64,000 nt of DNA from positions 34,162,001 to 34,226,000 of the forward strand of contig OZ360241.1 in the NCBI GenBank assembly GCA_977017645.1, written 5' to 3'. Below the pieces are notes generated by a model. It was not told the origin of the DNA. It worked only from the letters and a program-made list of their open reading frames with translations, and made no database searches. Made by a program: the position numbers and the translations under genes. Each line of letters starts with the position of its first letter. Position 1 is the stretch's first letter. Below, piece by piece: positions 1 through 12,000 of this stretch. This DNA comes from Torpedo marmorata. Taxonomy: Eukaryota.

Positions 1-246
1 GTGACCTCGTCGCGACCTCGTTACTGCCGTTTTAAGTTTGAATCTCTCGCTGGTATGTCATACACATTCAGCGTCATCAATGCGTCACAGCCTGCGAAAT
101 ACATCGGCTCTGATACTACCTACCTTGGCGGGTAATACACGGGATGAAAATGACCTCCCATCCCGCGTTTGCTGTGTTCACACAGGTAAGTGAAACGGTT
201 AAAAGGCAGTTAATTCCCGTCTTTTAACGGCTGTGTAAAAGGGGTA
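1..246. mobile_element. Right part of MITE-like non-autonomous DNA transposon (cut by window edge)
   Basis: Matches 4174-4419; ends in TIR ctgtgtaaaaggggta. Confidence 0.75.
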
Positions 247-765
247 TCGATCTTAAGGAAGAAGTGTCTACATTAATTCTGTAAGACTGTTGAACATGTG
301 AGACCAGACTGATTGATCATGGTTCCTAATAAGACTGATTACATTAATCTTGTTCAAACACTGTGAAGTATGGTGAAAGACTGATTGAGTTAACCCATTG
401 AAAAATTCATCAGACACCTCCTATTGACGAATTCATCAGACACTTCATAAGGAATGTAAAAACAATTAAACCAGCTTGTCTGCTTTCTACTGTACAATAT
501 AAAAATGAACTTGTAACTGCTGAAATTTAGAGTTGGTGGTGGTTTAGGCCACTGCAGGCTCTCCATGATATCATTTTAATAAACTCGAGGAGCGAACCTC
601 GATGTATATGTTTTTGAGTGAATTTGTGCAACAATTCATTTGAGCTTTTTAACATGTGCACAAAGTCTTCTTGGTTTGATAGAATTAGTGCACCAAATGT
701 AGAAAGTGTTTGACATCAGATTCAGGACAGCTGTAATTAATGGCATAATGCTGTTGTCTTTTCAG

Positions 766-3035
766 ATTATCATGAATCAACACCTACAACCAGTGAGTAT
801 GATTTGTGTTGCTTTCATGTATTAATGCTTCCATACTTTCATTTAAGCAGCACTCCTGATTGATGATGTATGTTGTTTCCCCTTATAGCTCCATGTGAAT
901 TGGATTTTGCTCTCTTGTGTGTCGAACAACCATTCAGTTAGATTATAGTTTGAAAGTGCCAAACAAAGCCGCAATGCAACAAGGTTGCTAATTTCATTTT
1001 TCTTTTTGGCAGAAGTACCAAATAAAAGTGAATCTCCTGAATTTAATGTGACCTTCACTATAACAAACTTGCCCTACATGGAGTCACTTCAGAACCCGGC
1101 GACACCCTTGTTCCAATCAACTTCACAAACAATTACTGAACAGGTAAATAAATGATCAAAGCAATATTCATTAAAATTAATCGTCATTTAATATATTCAG
1201 CTCATTGACATTCTCAAAATATCTTTCTTTCAGCTCACTAACCTACTTAATAACAGCGATATAAATACAACTTTTATAGACTGCAACACAATCTCCTTCA
1301 GGTGAGAAATATGCATTATCTTCCTCATTGTTCAATTAACTAATCTATCCAATAAGCGTCAGGATGGAGGGATCCATCATGTGTTCGGTTCTGAAACGTT
1401 GACTGACCACATCTCTCCATGGATGCTGCCTGACCCACGGAGTCCCTCCAGCTCCTCTTTGTTCACTCAAGATTCCAGCATCTGCAGTGTTTGTGCATCT
1501 CTTCATCGGGAATCTCATCCTTGTCTCAGTGTTTCCTTCTGTACAATTATTTTGTTTCATTTCATTTACTTTCTCCAATGTGTTTGACCTGACTTCACTG
1601 AAATTTCACTCCTCTCTTAAATGGTTGATTGCTTCAGAATTAATTATCATTTCTGGATTTACTTTCCAATCTTTAATATAACTTTAAAATATTTCTCCAT
1701 CTGCTTCCTTTACATATTTCCAAAAGTTCCTACATTAACAATTTTCATTAATAAATTCAAAATCGGATGCATGCCACATTAATATTTACTTTCCTGCCTC
1801 CAAGGGACATTAAAAACTTCCAGCTAAGCATTTTTTTTTCATCAGACTCTGCTACTTACTCCAACTTTCTCTTTCAAATACCATACTTTTTATTATTGAA
1901 TGTTATTTTTAATAGATTGGAAATTTCTAGTTATAATTAAGCTTTTATATTTATTTTTGACTTTTAAGTTAACATTTTAAATTTTGGTTTAAGTTAGCGT
2001 TTAAATTCACTGGTACCATATCTCCATATCATTTATAAAGTGATCCAATTATAATAATTAGCATTACTGTAACAGCAAATTTAAATCAGGGCTCATGAAA
2101 AATAGAGAACTCCAAATGTGATAAATCTGAAATAAAAATTGAGCATGTTTAAACAGTCAACAGATCAAGTAACACATGTGGAAAGAGAAAAGAAAGATCT
2201 TCCACCTAACATGCAATGCGAAAAAGTGCTGGAGAAACACAGCAGGTCACAAAGAATCCATGTGAAGTAAAGTGTAAACAATGTTTCAGGCCTGGGCCCT
2301 TCATCAGGAATCGTTGGTTACCCGTTACTTTCTTTGGATGCTGTGTGGCCTGCTGAGTTTGCGTTCTGCACTCAATTCCAGCATCCGCAGATTTTCTTGT
2401 TTCGCCCCAATCTTCCACCTGAAGCATTTTTCCACAGATGTTGCTGTGTTTCCAGCATTTTTGGTTTTATTATAAAACATGGCCATATTTGAGAATATAA
2501 CCAGTGTATCATAATGACATCTTTATTCCCACAATCAGTAATGATCTATCCACTAAGCCATCAGATTTTGTGCATAAAATTGTCAAATATTTAAGTTATG
2601 AAAACCTTCCTTAAATAAAATCAACCACCTAGAAAGTGCATAAATGTAATTAGTTAAATAATTTTCATTTTAATATCCTCCAGTTTTTCCTATATTTCAT
2701 AATTATCATAATCACCAATTCTGATGAAGTCTCCTTCACCAGAAGTGCTGTTTCTCTTCCCTGTGCTGCTGTCTGACCTGCGAACTAAAAGAGTGCAGCA
2801 TTTTCTGTTTTAGTTTTCCAGGATCTACAGTTTTATGCTCCAAATAAAATGTTCTTGTTTGGCAGTGCTACAAGCAGTCACAAGACCAAAGTGCATGCAG
2901 TCTGTACATTCAACAATACTTCTGCTGCGGAGAATGTGGATAGAGTAATGGTGTATCATCAGATCAGTAACAAGACAAAGAACATCAGTGTTTTGGGACC
3001 CTATACTCTGGACAACAACAGCCTCCATGTAAATG
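766..3035 (+). CDS. SEA module unit 1
   Basis: Exons 766-792, 1013-1143, 1234-1301, 2866-3035; all AG/GT bounded and in frame. Confidence 0.88.
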
Positions 3036-6000
3036 GTACGAAATACCTGGTCTTTTTTTGCATTATATCCTGGAAACCATATTGTAACCTCAGATAATAT
3101 ATTAATATGTTGAATCATTTTTACTCTTATATTTCCAAATGGAATTCTTGCATTAATCAGTGATCCTTAATTCCAGACTCCGTAACCAGCAAAAACATAT
3201 CCTACCAATTCCATGAGTCCTCCTACTGCCTTGATATGGCAATCAAATCAAACCTTGACCTTTTTGTTTGTGTAATCTCTATCTATAAACTAACCCCAGA
3301 AGTCAGGTTTCATTCCAGTAAAAATGTGTTTTTTCCCAATCAAGGTGAATATAACCCTGAATATAACTTTTGCAAGGTGTAGTTAGTGTTTTCAAACATC
3401 TCGGCATTGTCCAACCATGGATTTGCACAATAAAGCACAACTTCTATCCCCTGTGTTCTAGTTTTCTGCATATAAAAGTATCACTGGCCTTACCTCTTAT
3501 TATCTGTTCTTGCCCATAACATTTGAAGTAGGCCGAGGTAGATGAACAACAAAACAATACTGCTGCAGAGAAGGTGGATGGAGTTACCTTGTACCATCAG
3601 TTCAGTAGCAACACAGAGAATATCATGAAATATGGATCTTATATTCTGAATGAAAATAGTCTCGACGTAGATAGTACGAAATTTCTTATCATTCTACATA
3701 TTACAGCAAAGCTTGTTCCAGAATATGTCCAGCAATGTGCCTTTCATTAAACTGTGTGCTGATTTGGTAGTGTTACCTTCCAACTGAATCCCCTTGAATT
3801 CCACTTCCCCACTGGGAGTGCAGTGCTGCATTATTCGTGTGAAAGAAAGGGCTAGTGCAGGTTGGGAAACTTGACTTTTACAAGCAAACTGAATTAAAAA
3901 CTACTGATGCCAGCTGAGAGCAACGTTCAGTATAAGCAAAGTTGCGAGAGTTTCCAATAAACAAGACTGGTACCCCGTTTACACAGAGATCCCACTTAGT
4001 TGCATGTGAACGACCCGTGTTTAAAGCCAGGTCGGGTAGTACACACTTAATGAAGGAAAGCTGGGTCAGTGCGACCATTTACTTAGCAACACGGCATCCG
4101 GAGCAAAAGGCGGTGGGACCTGCAGCATTACAGCGTCGGTGTCCTGTGTGATGTATAACGTACGCGCCGGGCAGTGACCTCGTCGCGACCTCGTTACTGC
4201 CGTTTTAAGTTTGAATCTCTCGCTGGTATGTCATACACATTCAGCGTCATCAATGCGTCACAGCCTGCGAAATACATCGGCTCTGATACTACCTACCTTG
4301 GCGGGTAATACACGGGATGAAAATGACCTCCCATCCCGCGTTTGCTGTGTTCACACAGGTAAGTGAAACGGTTAAAAGGCAGTTAATTCCCGTCTTTTAA
4401 CGGCTGTGTAAAAGGGGTATCGATCTTAAGGAAGAAGTGTCTACATTAATTCTGTAAGACTGTTGAACATGTGAGACCAGACTGATTGATCATGGTTCCT
4501 AATAAGACTGATTACATTAATCTTGTTCAAACACTGTGAAGTATGGTGAAAGACTGATTGAGTTAACCCATTGAAAAATTCATCAGACACCTCCTATTGA
4601 CGAATTCATCAGACACTTCATAAGGAATGTAAAAACAATTAAACCAGCTTGTCTGCTTTCTACTGTACAATATAAAAATGAACTTGTAACTGCTGAAATT
4701 TAGAGTTGGTGGTGGTTTAGGCCACTGCAGGCTCTCCATGATATCATTTTAATAAACTCGAGGAGCGAACCTCGATGTATATGTTTTTGAGTGAATTTGT
4801 GCAACAATTCATTTGAGCTTTTTAACATGTGCACAAAGTCTTCTTGGTTTGATAGAATTAGTGCACCAAATGTAGAAAGTGTTTGACATCAGATTCAGGA
4901 CAGCTGTAATTAATGGCATAATGCTGTTGTCTTTTCAGATTATCATGAATCAACACCTACAACCAGTGAGTATGATTTGTGTTGCTTTCATGTATTAATG
5001 CTTCCATACTTTCATTTAAGCAGCACTCCTGATTGATGATGTATGTTGTTTCCCCTTATAGCTCCATGTGAATTGGATTTTGCTCTCTTGTGTGTCGAAC
5101 AACCATTCAGTTAGATTATAGTTTGAAAGTGCCAAACAAAGCCGCAATGCAACAAGGTTGCTAATTTCATTTTTCTTTTTGGCAGAAGTACCAAATAAAA
5201 GTGAATCTCCTGAATTTAATGTGACCTTCACTATAACAAACTTGCCCTACATGGAGTCACTTCAGAACCCGGCGACACCCTTGTTCCAATCAACTTCACA
5301 AACAATTACTGAACAGGTAAATAAATGATCAAAGCAATATTCATTAAAATTAATCGTCATTTAATATATTCAGCTCATTGACATTCTCAAAATATCTTTC
5401 TTTCAGCTCACTAACCTACTTAATAACAGCGATATAAATACAACTTTTATAGACTGCAACACAATCTCCTTCAGGTGAGAAATATGCATTATCTTCCTCA
5501 TTGTTCAATTAACTAATCTATCCAATAAGCGTCAGGATGGAGGGATCCATCATGTGTTCGGTTCTGAAACGTTGACTGACCACATCTCTCCATGGATGCT
5601 GCCTGACCCACGGAGTCCCTCCAGCTCCTCTTTGTTCACTCAAGATTCCAGCATCTGCAGTGTTTGTGCATCTCTTCATCGGGAATCTCATCCTTGTCTC
5701 GGTGTTTCCTTCTGTACAATTATTTTGTTTCATTTCATTTACTTTCTCCAATGTGTTTGACCTGACTTCTCTGAAATTTCACTCCTCTCTTAAATGGTTG
5801 ATTGCTTCAGAATTAATTATCATTTCTGGATTTACTTTCCAATCTTTAATATAACTTTAAAATATTTCTCCATCTGCTTCCTTTACATATTTCCAAAAGT
5901 TCCTACATTAACAATTTTCATTAATAAATTCAAAATCGGATGCATGCCACATTAATATTTACTTTCCTGCCTCCAAGGGACATTAAAAACTTCCAGCTAA

Positions 6001-9000
6001 GCATTTTTTTTTCATCAGACTCTGCTACTTACTCCAACTTTCTCTTTCAAATACCATACTTTTTATTATTGAATGTTATTTTTAATAGATTGGAAATTTC
6101 TAGTTATAATTAAGCTTTTATATTTATTTTTGACTTTTAAGTTAACATTTTAAATTTTGGTTTAAGTTAGCGTTTAAATTCACTGGTACCATATCTCCAT
6201 ATCATTTATAAAGTGATCCAATTATAATAATTAGCATTACTGTAACAGCAAATTTAAATCAGGGCTCATGAAAAATAGAGAACTCCAAATGTGAGAAATC
6301 TGAAATAAAAATTGAGCATGTTTAAACAGTCAACAGATCAAGTAACACATGTGGAAAGAGAAAAGAAAGATCTTCCACCTGACATGCAATGCGAAAAAGT
6401 GCTGGAGAAACTCAGCAGGTCACGCAGAATCCATGTGAAGTAAAGGGTAAACAATGTTTCGGGCCTGGGCCCTTCATCAGGAATCGTTGGTTACCCGTTT
6501 CTTTCTTTGGATGCTGTGTGGCCTGCTGAGTTTGCGTTCTGCACTCAATTCCAGCATCCGCAGATTTTCTTGTTTAGCCCCAATCTTCCACCTGAAGCAT
6601 TTTTCCACAGATGTTGCTGTGTTTCCAGCATTTTTGGTTTTATTATAAAACATGGCCATATTTGAGAAAAAAACCAGTGTATCATAATGACATCTTTATT
6701 CCCACAGTCAGTAATGATCTATCCATTAAACCATCAGATTTTGTGCATAAAATTGTCAAATATTTAAGTTATGAAAACCATCCTTAAATAAAATCAACCA
6801 CCTATAAAGTGCATGAATGTAATTAGTTAAATAATTTTCATTTTAATATCCTCCAGTTTTTCCTATATTTCATAATTATCATAATCACCAATTCTGATGA
6901 AGTCTCCTTCACCAGAAGTGCTGTTTCTCTTCCCTCTGCTGCTGTCTGACCTGCGAACTAAAAGAGTGCAGCATTTTCTGTTTTAGTTTTCCAGGATCTA
7001 CAGTTTTATGCTCCAAATAAAATGTTCTTGTTTGGCAGTGCTACAAGCAGTCACAAGACCAAAGTGCATGCAGTCTGTACATTCAACAATACTTCTGCTG
7101 CGGAGAATGTGGATAGAGTAATGGTGTATCATCAGATCAGTAACAAGACAAAGAACATCAGTGTTTTGGGACCCTATACTCTGGACAACAACAGCCTCCA
7201 TGTAAATGGTACGAAATACCTGGTCTTTTTTTGCATTATATCCTGGAAACCATATTGTAACCTCAGATAATATATTAATGTGTTGAATCATTTTTACTCT
7301 TATATTTCCAAATGGAATTCTTGCATTAATCAGTGATCCTTAATTCCCGACTCCGTAACCAGCAAAAACATTTCCTATCCATTCCATGAGTCCTCCTACT
7401 GCCTTGATATGGCAATCAAATCAAACCTTGACCTTTTTGTTTGTGTAATCTCTATCTATAAACTAACCCCAGAAGTCAGGTCTCATTCCAGTAAAAATGT
7501 GTTTTTTTCCAATCAAGGTGAATAAAGTTTTGCAAGGTGCAGTTAGTGTTTTCAAAAATCTCGGCATTGTCCAACCATGGATTTGCACAATAAAGCACAA
7601 CTTCTATCCCCTGTGTTCTAGTTTTCTGCATATAAAAGTATCACTGGCCTTACCTCTTATTATCTGTTCTTGCCCATAACATTTGAAGTAGGCCGAGGTA
7701 GATGAACAACAAAACAATACTGCTGCAGAGAAGGTGGATGGAGTTACCTTGTACCATCAGTTCAGTAGCAACACAGAGAACATCATGAAATATGGATCTT
7801 ATATTCTGAATGAAAATAGTCTCGACGTAGATAGTACGAAATTTCTTATCATTCTACATATTACAGCAAAGCTTGTTCCAGAATATGTCCAGCAATGTGC
7901 CTTTCATTAAACTGTGTGCTGATTTGGTAGTGTTACCTTCCAACTGAATCCCCTTGAATTCCACTTCCCCACTGGGAGTGCAGTGCTGCATTATTCGTGT
8001 GAAAGAAAGGGCTAGTGCAGGTTGGGAAACTTGACTTTTACAAGCAAACTGAATTAAAAACTACTGATGCCAGCTGAGAGCAACGTTCAGTATAAGCAAA
8101 GTTGCGAGAGTTTCCAATAAACAAGAGTGGTACCCCGTTTACACAGAGATCCCACTTAGTTGCATGTGAACGACCCATGTTTAAAGCCAGGTCGGGTCGT
8201 ACACACTTAATGAAGGAAAGCTGGGTCAGTGCGACCATTTACATAGCAACACGGCATCCGGAGCAAAAGGAGGTGGGACCTGCAGCATTACAGCGTCGGT
8301 GTCCTGTGTGATGTATAACGTACGCGCCGGGCAGTGACCTCGTCGCGACCTCGTTACTGCCGTTTTAAGTTTGAATCTCTCGCTGGTATGTCGTACACAT
8401 TCAGCGTCATCAATGCGTCACAGCCTGCGAAATACATCGGCTCTGATACTACCTACCTTGGCGGGTAATACACGGGATGAAAATGACCTCCCATCCCGCG
8501 TTTGTTGTGTTCACACAGTTAAGTGAAACAGTTAAAAGGCAGTTAATTCCCGTCTTTTAACGGCTGTGTAAAAGGGGTATCGGTCTTAAGGAAGAAGTGT
8601 CTACATTAATTCTGTAAGACTGTTGAACATGTGAGACCAGACTGATTGATCATGGTTCCTAATAAGACTGATTACATTAATCTTGTTCAAACACTGTGAA
8701 GTATGGTGAAAGACTGATTGAGTTAACCCATTGAAAAATTCATCAGACACCTCCTATTGACGAATTCATCAGACACTTCATAAGGAATGTAAAAACAATT
8801 AAACCAGCTTGTCTGCTTTCTACTGTACAATATAAAAATGAACTTGTAACTGCTGAAATTTAGAGTTGGTGGTGGTTTAGGCCACTGCAGGCTCTCCATG
8901 ATATCATTTTAATAAACTCGAGGAGCGAACCTCGATGTATATGTTTTTGAGTGAATTTGTGCAACAATTCATTTGAGCTTTTTAACATGTGCACAAAGTC

Positions 9001-12000
9001 TTCTTGGTTTGATAGAATTAGTGCACCAAATGTAGAAAGTGTTTGACATCAGATTCAGGACAGCTGTAATTAATGGCATAATGCTGTTGTCTTTTCAGAT
9101 TATCATGAATCAACACCTACAACCAGTGAGTATGATTTGTGTTGCTTTCATGTATTAATGCTTCCATACTTTCATTTAAGCAGCACTCCTGATTGATGAT
9201 GTATGTTGTTTCCCCTTATAGCTCCATGTGAATTGGATTTTGCTCTCTTGTGTGTCGAACAACCATTCAGTTAGATTATAGTTTGAAAGTGCCAAACAAA
9301 GCCGCAATGCAACAAGGTTGCTAATTTCATTTTTCTTTTTGGCAGAAGTACCAAATAAAAGTGAATCTCCTGAATTTAATGTGACCTTCACTATAACAAA
9401 CTTGCCCTACATGGAGTCACTTCAGAACCCGGCGACACCCTTGTTCCAATCAACTTCACAAACAATTACTGAACAGGTAAATAAATGATCAAAGCAATAT
9501 TCATTAAAATTAATCGTCATTTAATATATTCAGCTCATTGACATTCTCAAAATATCTTTCTTTCAGCTCACTAACCTACTTAATAACAGCGATATAAATA
9601 CAACTTTTATAGACTGCAACACAATCTCCTTCAGGTGAGAAATATGCATTATCTTCCTCATTGTTCAATTAACTAATCTATCCAATAAGCGTCAGGATGG
9701 AGGGATCCATCATGTGTTCGGATCTGAAACGTTGACTGACCACATCTCTCCATGGATGCTGCCTGACCCATGGAGTCCCTCCAGCTCCTCTTTGTTCACT
9801 CAAGATTCTAGCATCTAAATATGGATTTGGGAATACTTTTATAAATTGGATTAAAACTATATATAAAGAACCTACAGCTAGAGTAATTACAAATGGTCAG
9901 ATATCATCTAAATTCCCTTTGTTGAGGTCAACAAGACAAGGATGTCCTTTATCACCTGCTTTATTTGTATTGGCAATAGAACCGTTGGCTGAAGTGATTA
10001 GGAAAGATATTAATATAAATGGGATTAAAGTAGGTGCAGAAGAACATAAAATTAGTTTATTTGCAGATGATGTATTAATATATATGACGAAATCTATTGG
10101 ATCGCTTCAACAATTAGCTAAGATATTGAGGGAGTATGGTGAGATATCTGGTTACAAAATAAATTCAGATAAGAGTGAAATAATGGCTTTATCTCAAGGA
10201 GATTATACTAAATGTAAAGAAGTTACAGGATTTAAATGGGCTAAAGAAGGAATTAAATATCTGGGAGTTAAAGTAGATACAAAATTGGAAAATTTATATA
10301 AATTAAATTATGTACCTTTATTTCAGAAAATAAAGAAAGATTTGGAGAATTGGAAAGATTTACCTATTACCTTAATGGGAAGAGTGAATTGTATTAAAAT
10401 GAATATTTTTCCAAGAGTTCAATATCTTTTTCAATCTATTCCTTTTGGAATTCCTCAAAAATTTTTTAAAGATTTAAAAACTATTATTAGAAAATTTCTA
10501 TGGAAAGGAAAATTAGCAAGAGTAAGTATGGATAAATTAACTTGGGAATACGAGATGGGTGGATTACAACTCCCCAATTTTCAATATTATTATAAGGCAG
10601 CTCAATTAAAGTTATTAATGAATTTTTTGATTTAACTAAATCTACTGCTTGGATTAATATAGAATTGAATAATATAGGGGAAAGATATAAAGAAGATATT
10701 ATTTATAAATGGAATTCTAAATTATTATTAGTTAAAAAGAAAAAATCACCGATTATTAAACATTTATTGGAAATCTGGACTCAGTTAGACAATGAGATAG
10801 GACGAAAAGGGTCATTATCTCTGAATATGCCATTGTATCAGAATTTATTGTTACCTTTTTCTATTGATAATCAATTTTTAAAACTATGGTTTCAAAAAGG
10901 AATTAAGAAGATTAAAGATTGTTTTGAGGCTGGAAGATTTGTTACATTTTCTAGGTTGAAAGAAAAATTTGGAATAATGAATAATACAATTTTGGCTTAC
11001 TATCAGGTTAGAGGATATTTAGTTGAGAAATTGGGGAATCAATTAACAACTCCAAGACAGGATGGATTAGAATTATTAATTACGAATGGAAATGTTAACA
11101 AATTTATATCACAAATGTATAAATTACTTCAGAGAAAAATGCCTAAGGTAGGATTACATAAATCAAGATTAAGTTGGGAATCAGATTTAAATATTAATAT
11201 AGATGAAAAACATTGGAAAGAATTATGTAAATTGAGTATGACTAAAATTATTAATGTTAGATATAGATTAGTACAATATAATTTTTTTCATCAATTATAT
11301 TTAACACCTAAAAAATTTCAAGAAATTTAACCCGGCACTATCAGATATGTGTTTTAGATGTAAGGATGAAATAGGTTCTTTTGTACACTGTACATGGTCA
11401 TGTTTAAAAATTCAAAATTTTTGGTCTAAAGTTAAAGATTTTTTGGATAGAATATTTAATATTACGGTTATTTGGAGATATTAAAAAATTTAGTATTAGA
11501 AATAGATTGAATATGTATCAAATAGAATTTTTACGAATTGTCTTAGCGGTTTCAAAAAAATGTATCGCTATTACTTGGAAATCAGACCTAGATTTGAATT
11601 TAGATAGATTACATGCAGAATTACGTTCTTGTATACCATTGGAAAAAATTACATATAATTTACGGAATAATTATCATTTCTTTTTGAAAATTTGGAGCCC
11701 ATATATGAGAATTATGGGTATGAATTAATTCTCTAGAAGTTGGTACCGCTGGCAAAAATAACCTCCAATATATAAATAGAATTAGCTTGTAATTTGTTTT
11801 CTCCTCACTTTAACTCTTTAATTCTTTATTATTCAATTCTTTCTTTTTTTTCTTTATAACTAACATTCTTTTTTTTTCTTCTTTTTTTTTTAGAATAGTG
11901 CTGGGGGGGTTGGGGAGGGGAGGGTGGGAGGGGGGGAGGTAATATATCACATGTATTTTGAATAAAATACTATTTTTGATTCATGTATTTTGTGATTTTA

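Noticed and set aside
285-450. Short direct repeats (agactgattga several times; aattcatcagacac twice, whose reverse strand contains CTGATGA)
   Set aside because: Irregular spacing and no stem II/GAAA arrangement for a hammerhead or convincing snoRNA boxes; likely local slippage duplications.
843-1058. Recurrent minus-strand 71-aa ORF (MKVTLNSGDS...) and other 60-100 aa ORFs repeated in each unit
   Set aside because: They are antisense or intronic frames that recur only because the DNA is tandemly duplicated; there are no recognisable motifs and several are broken in some units.
2849-3097. 82-aa ORF as a stand-alone gene
   Set aside because: Only 2866-3035 is SEA-like and bounded by splice sites; the flanks are intron read-through, and unit 6 has a stop in the intronic tail.
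3150-3520. Possible ancient LINE/SINE remnants and a polymorphic short duplication (gaatataaccctgaatataac)
   Set aside because: Too degenerate to assign without a repeat-library search; the indel is useful only as a unit marker (absent in units 2-4).
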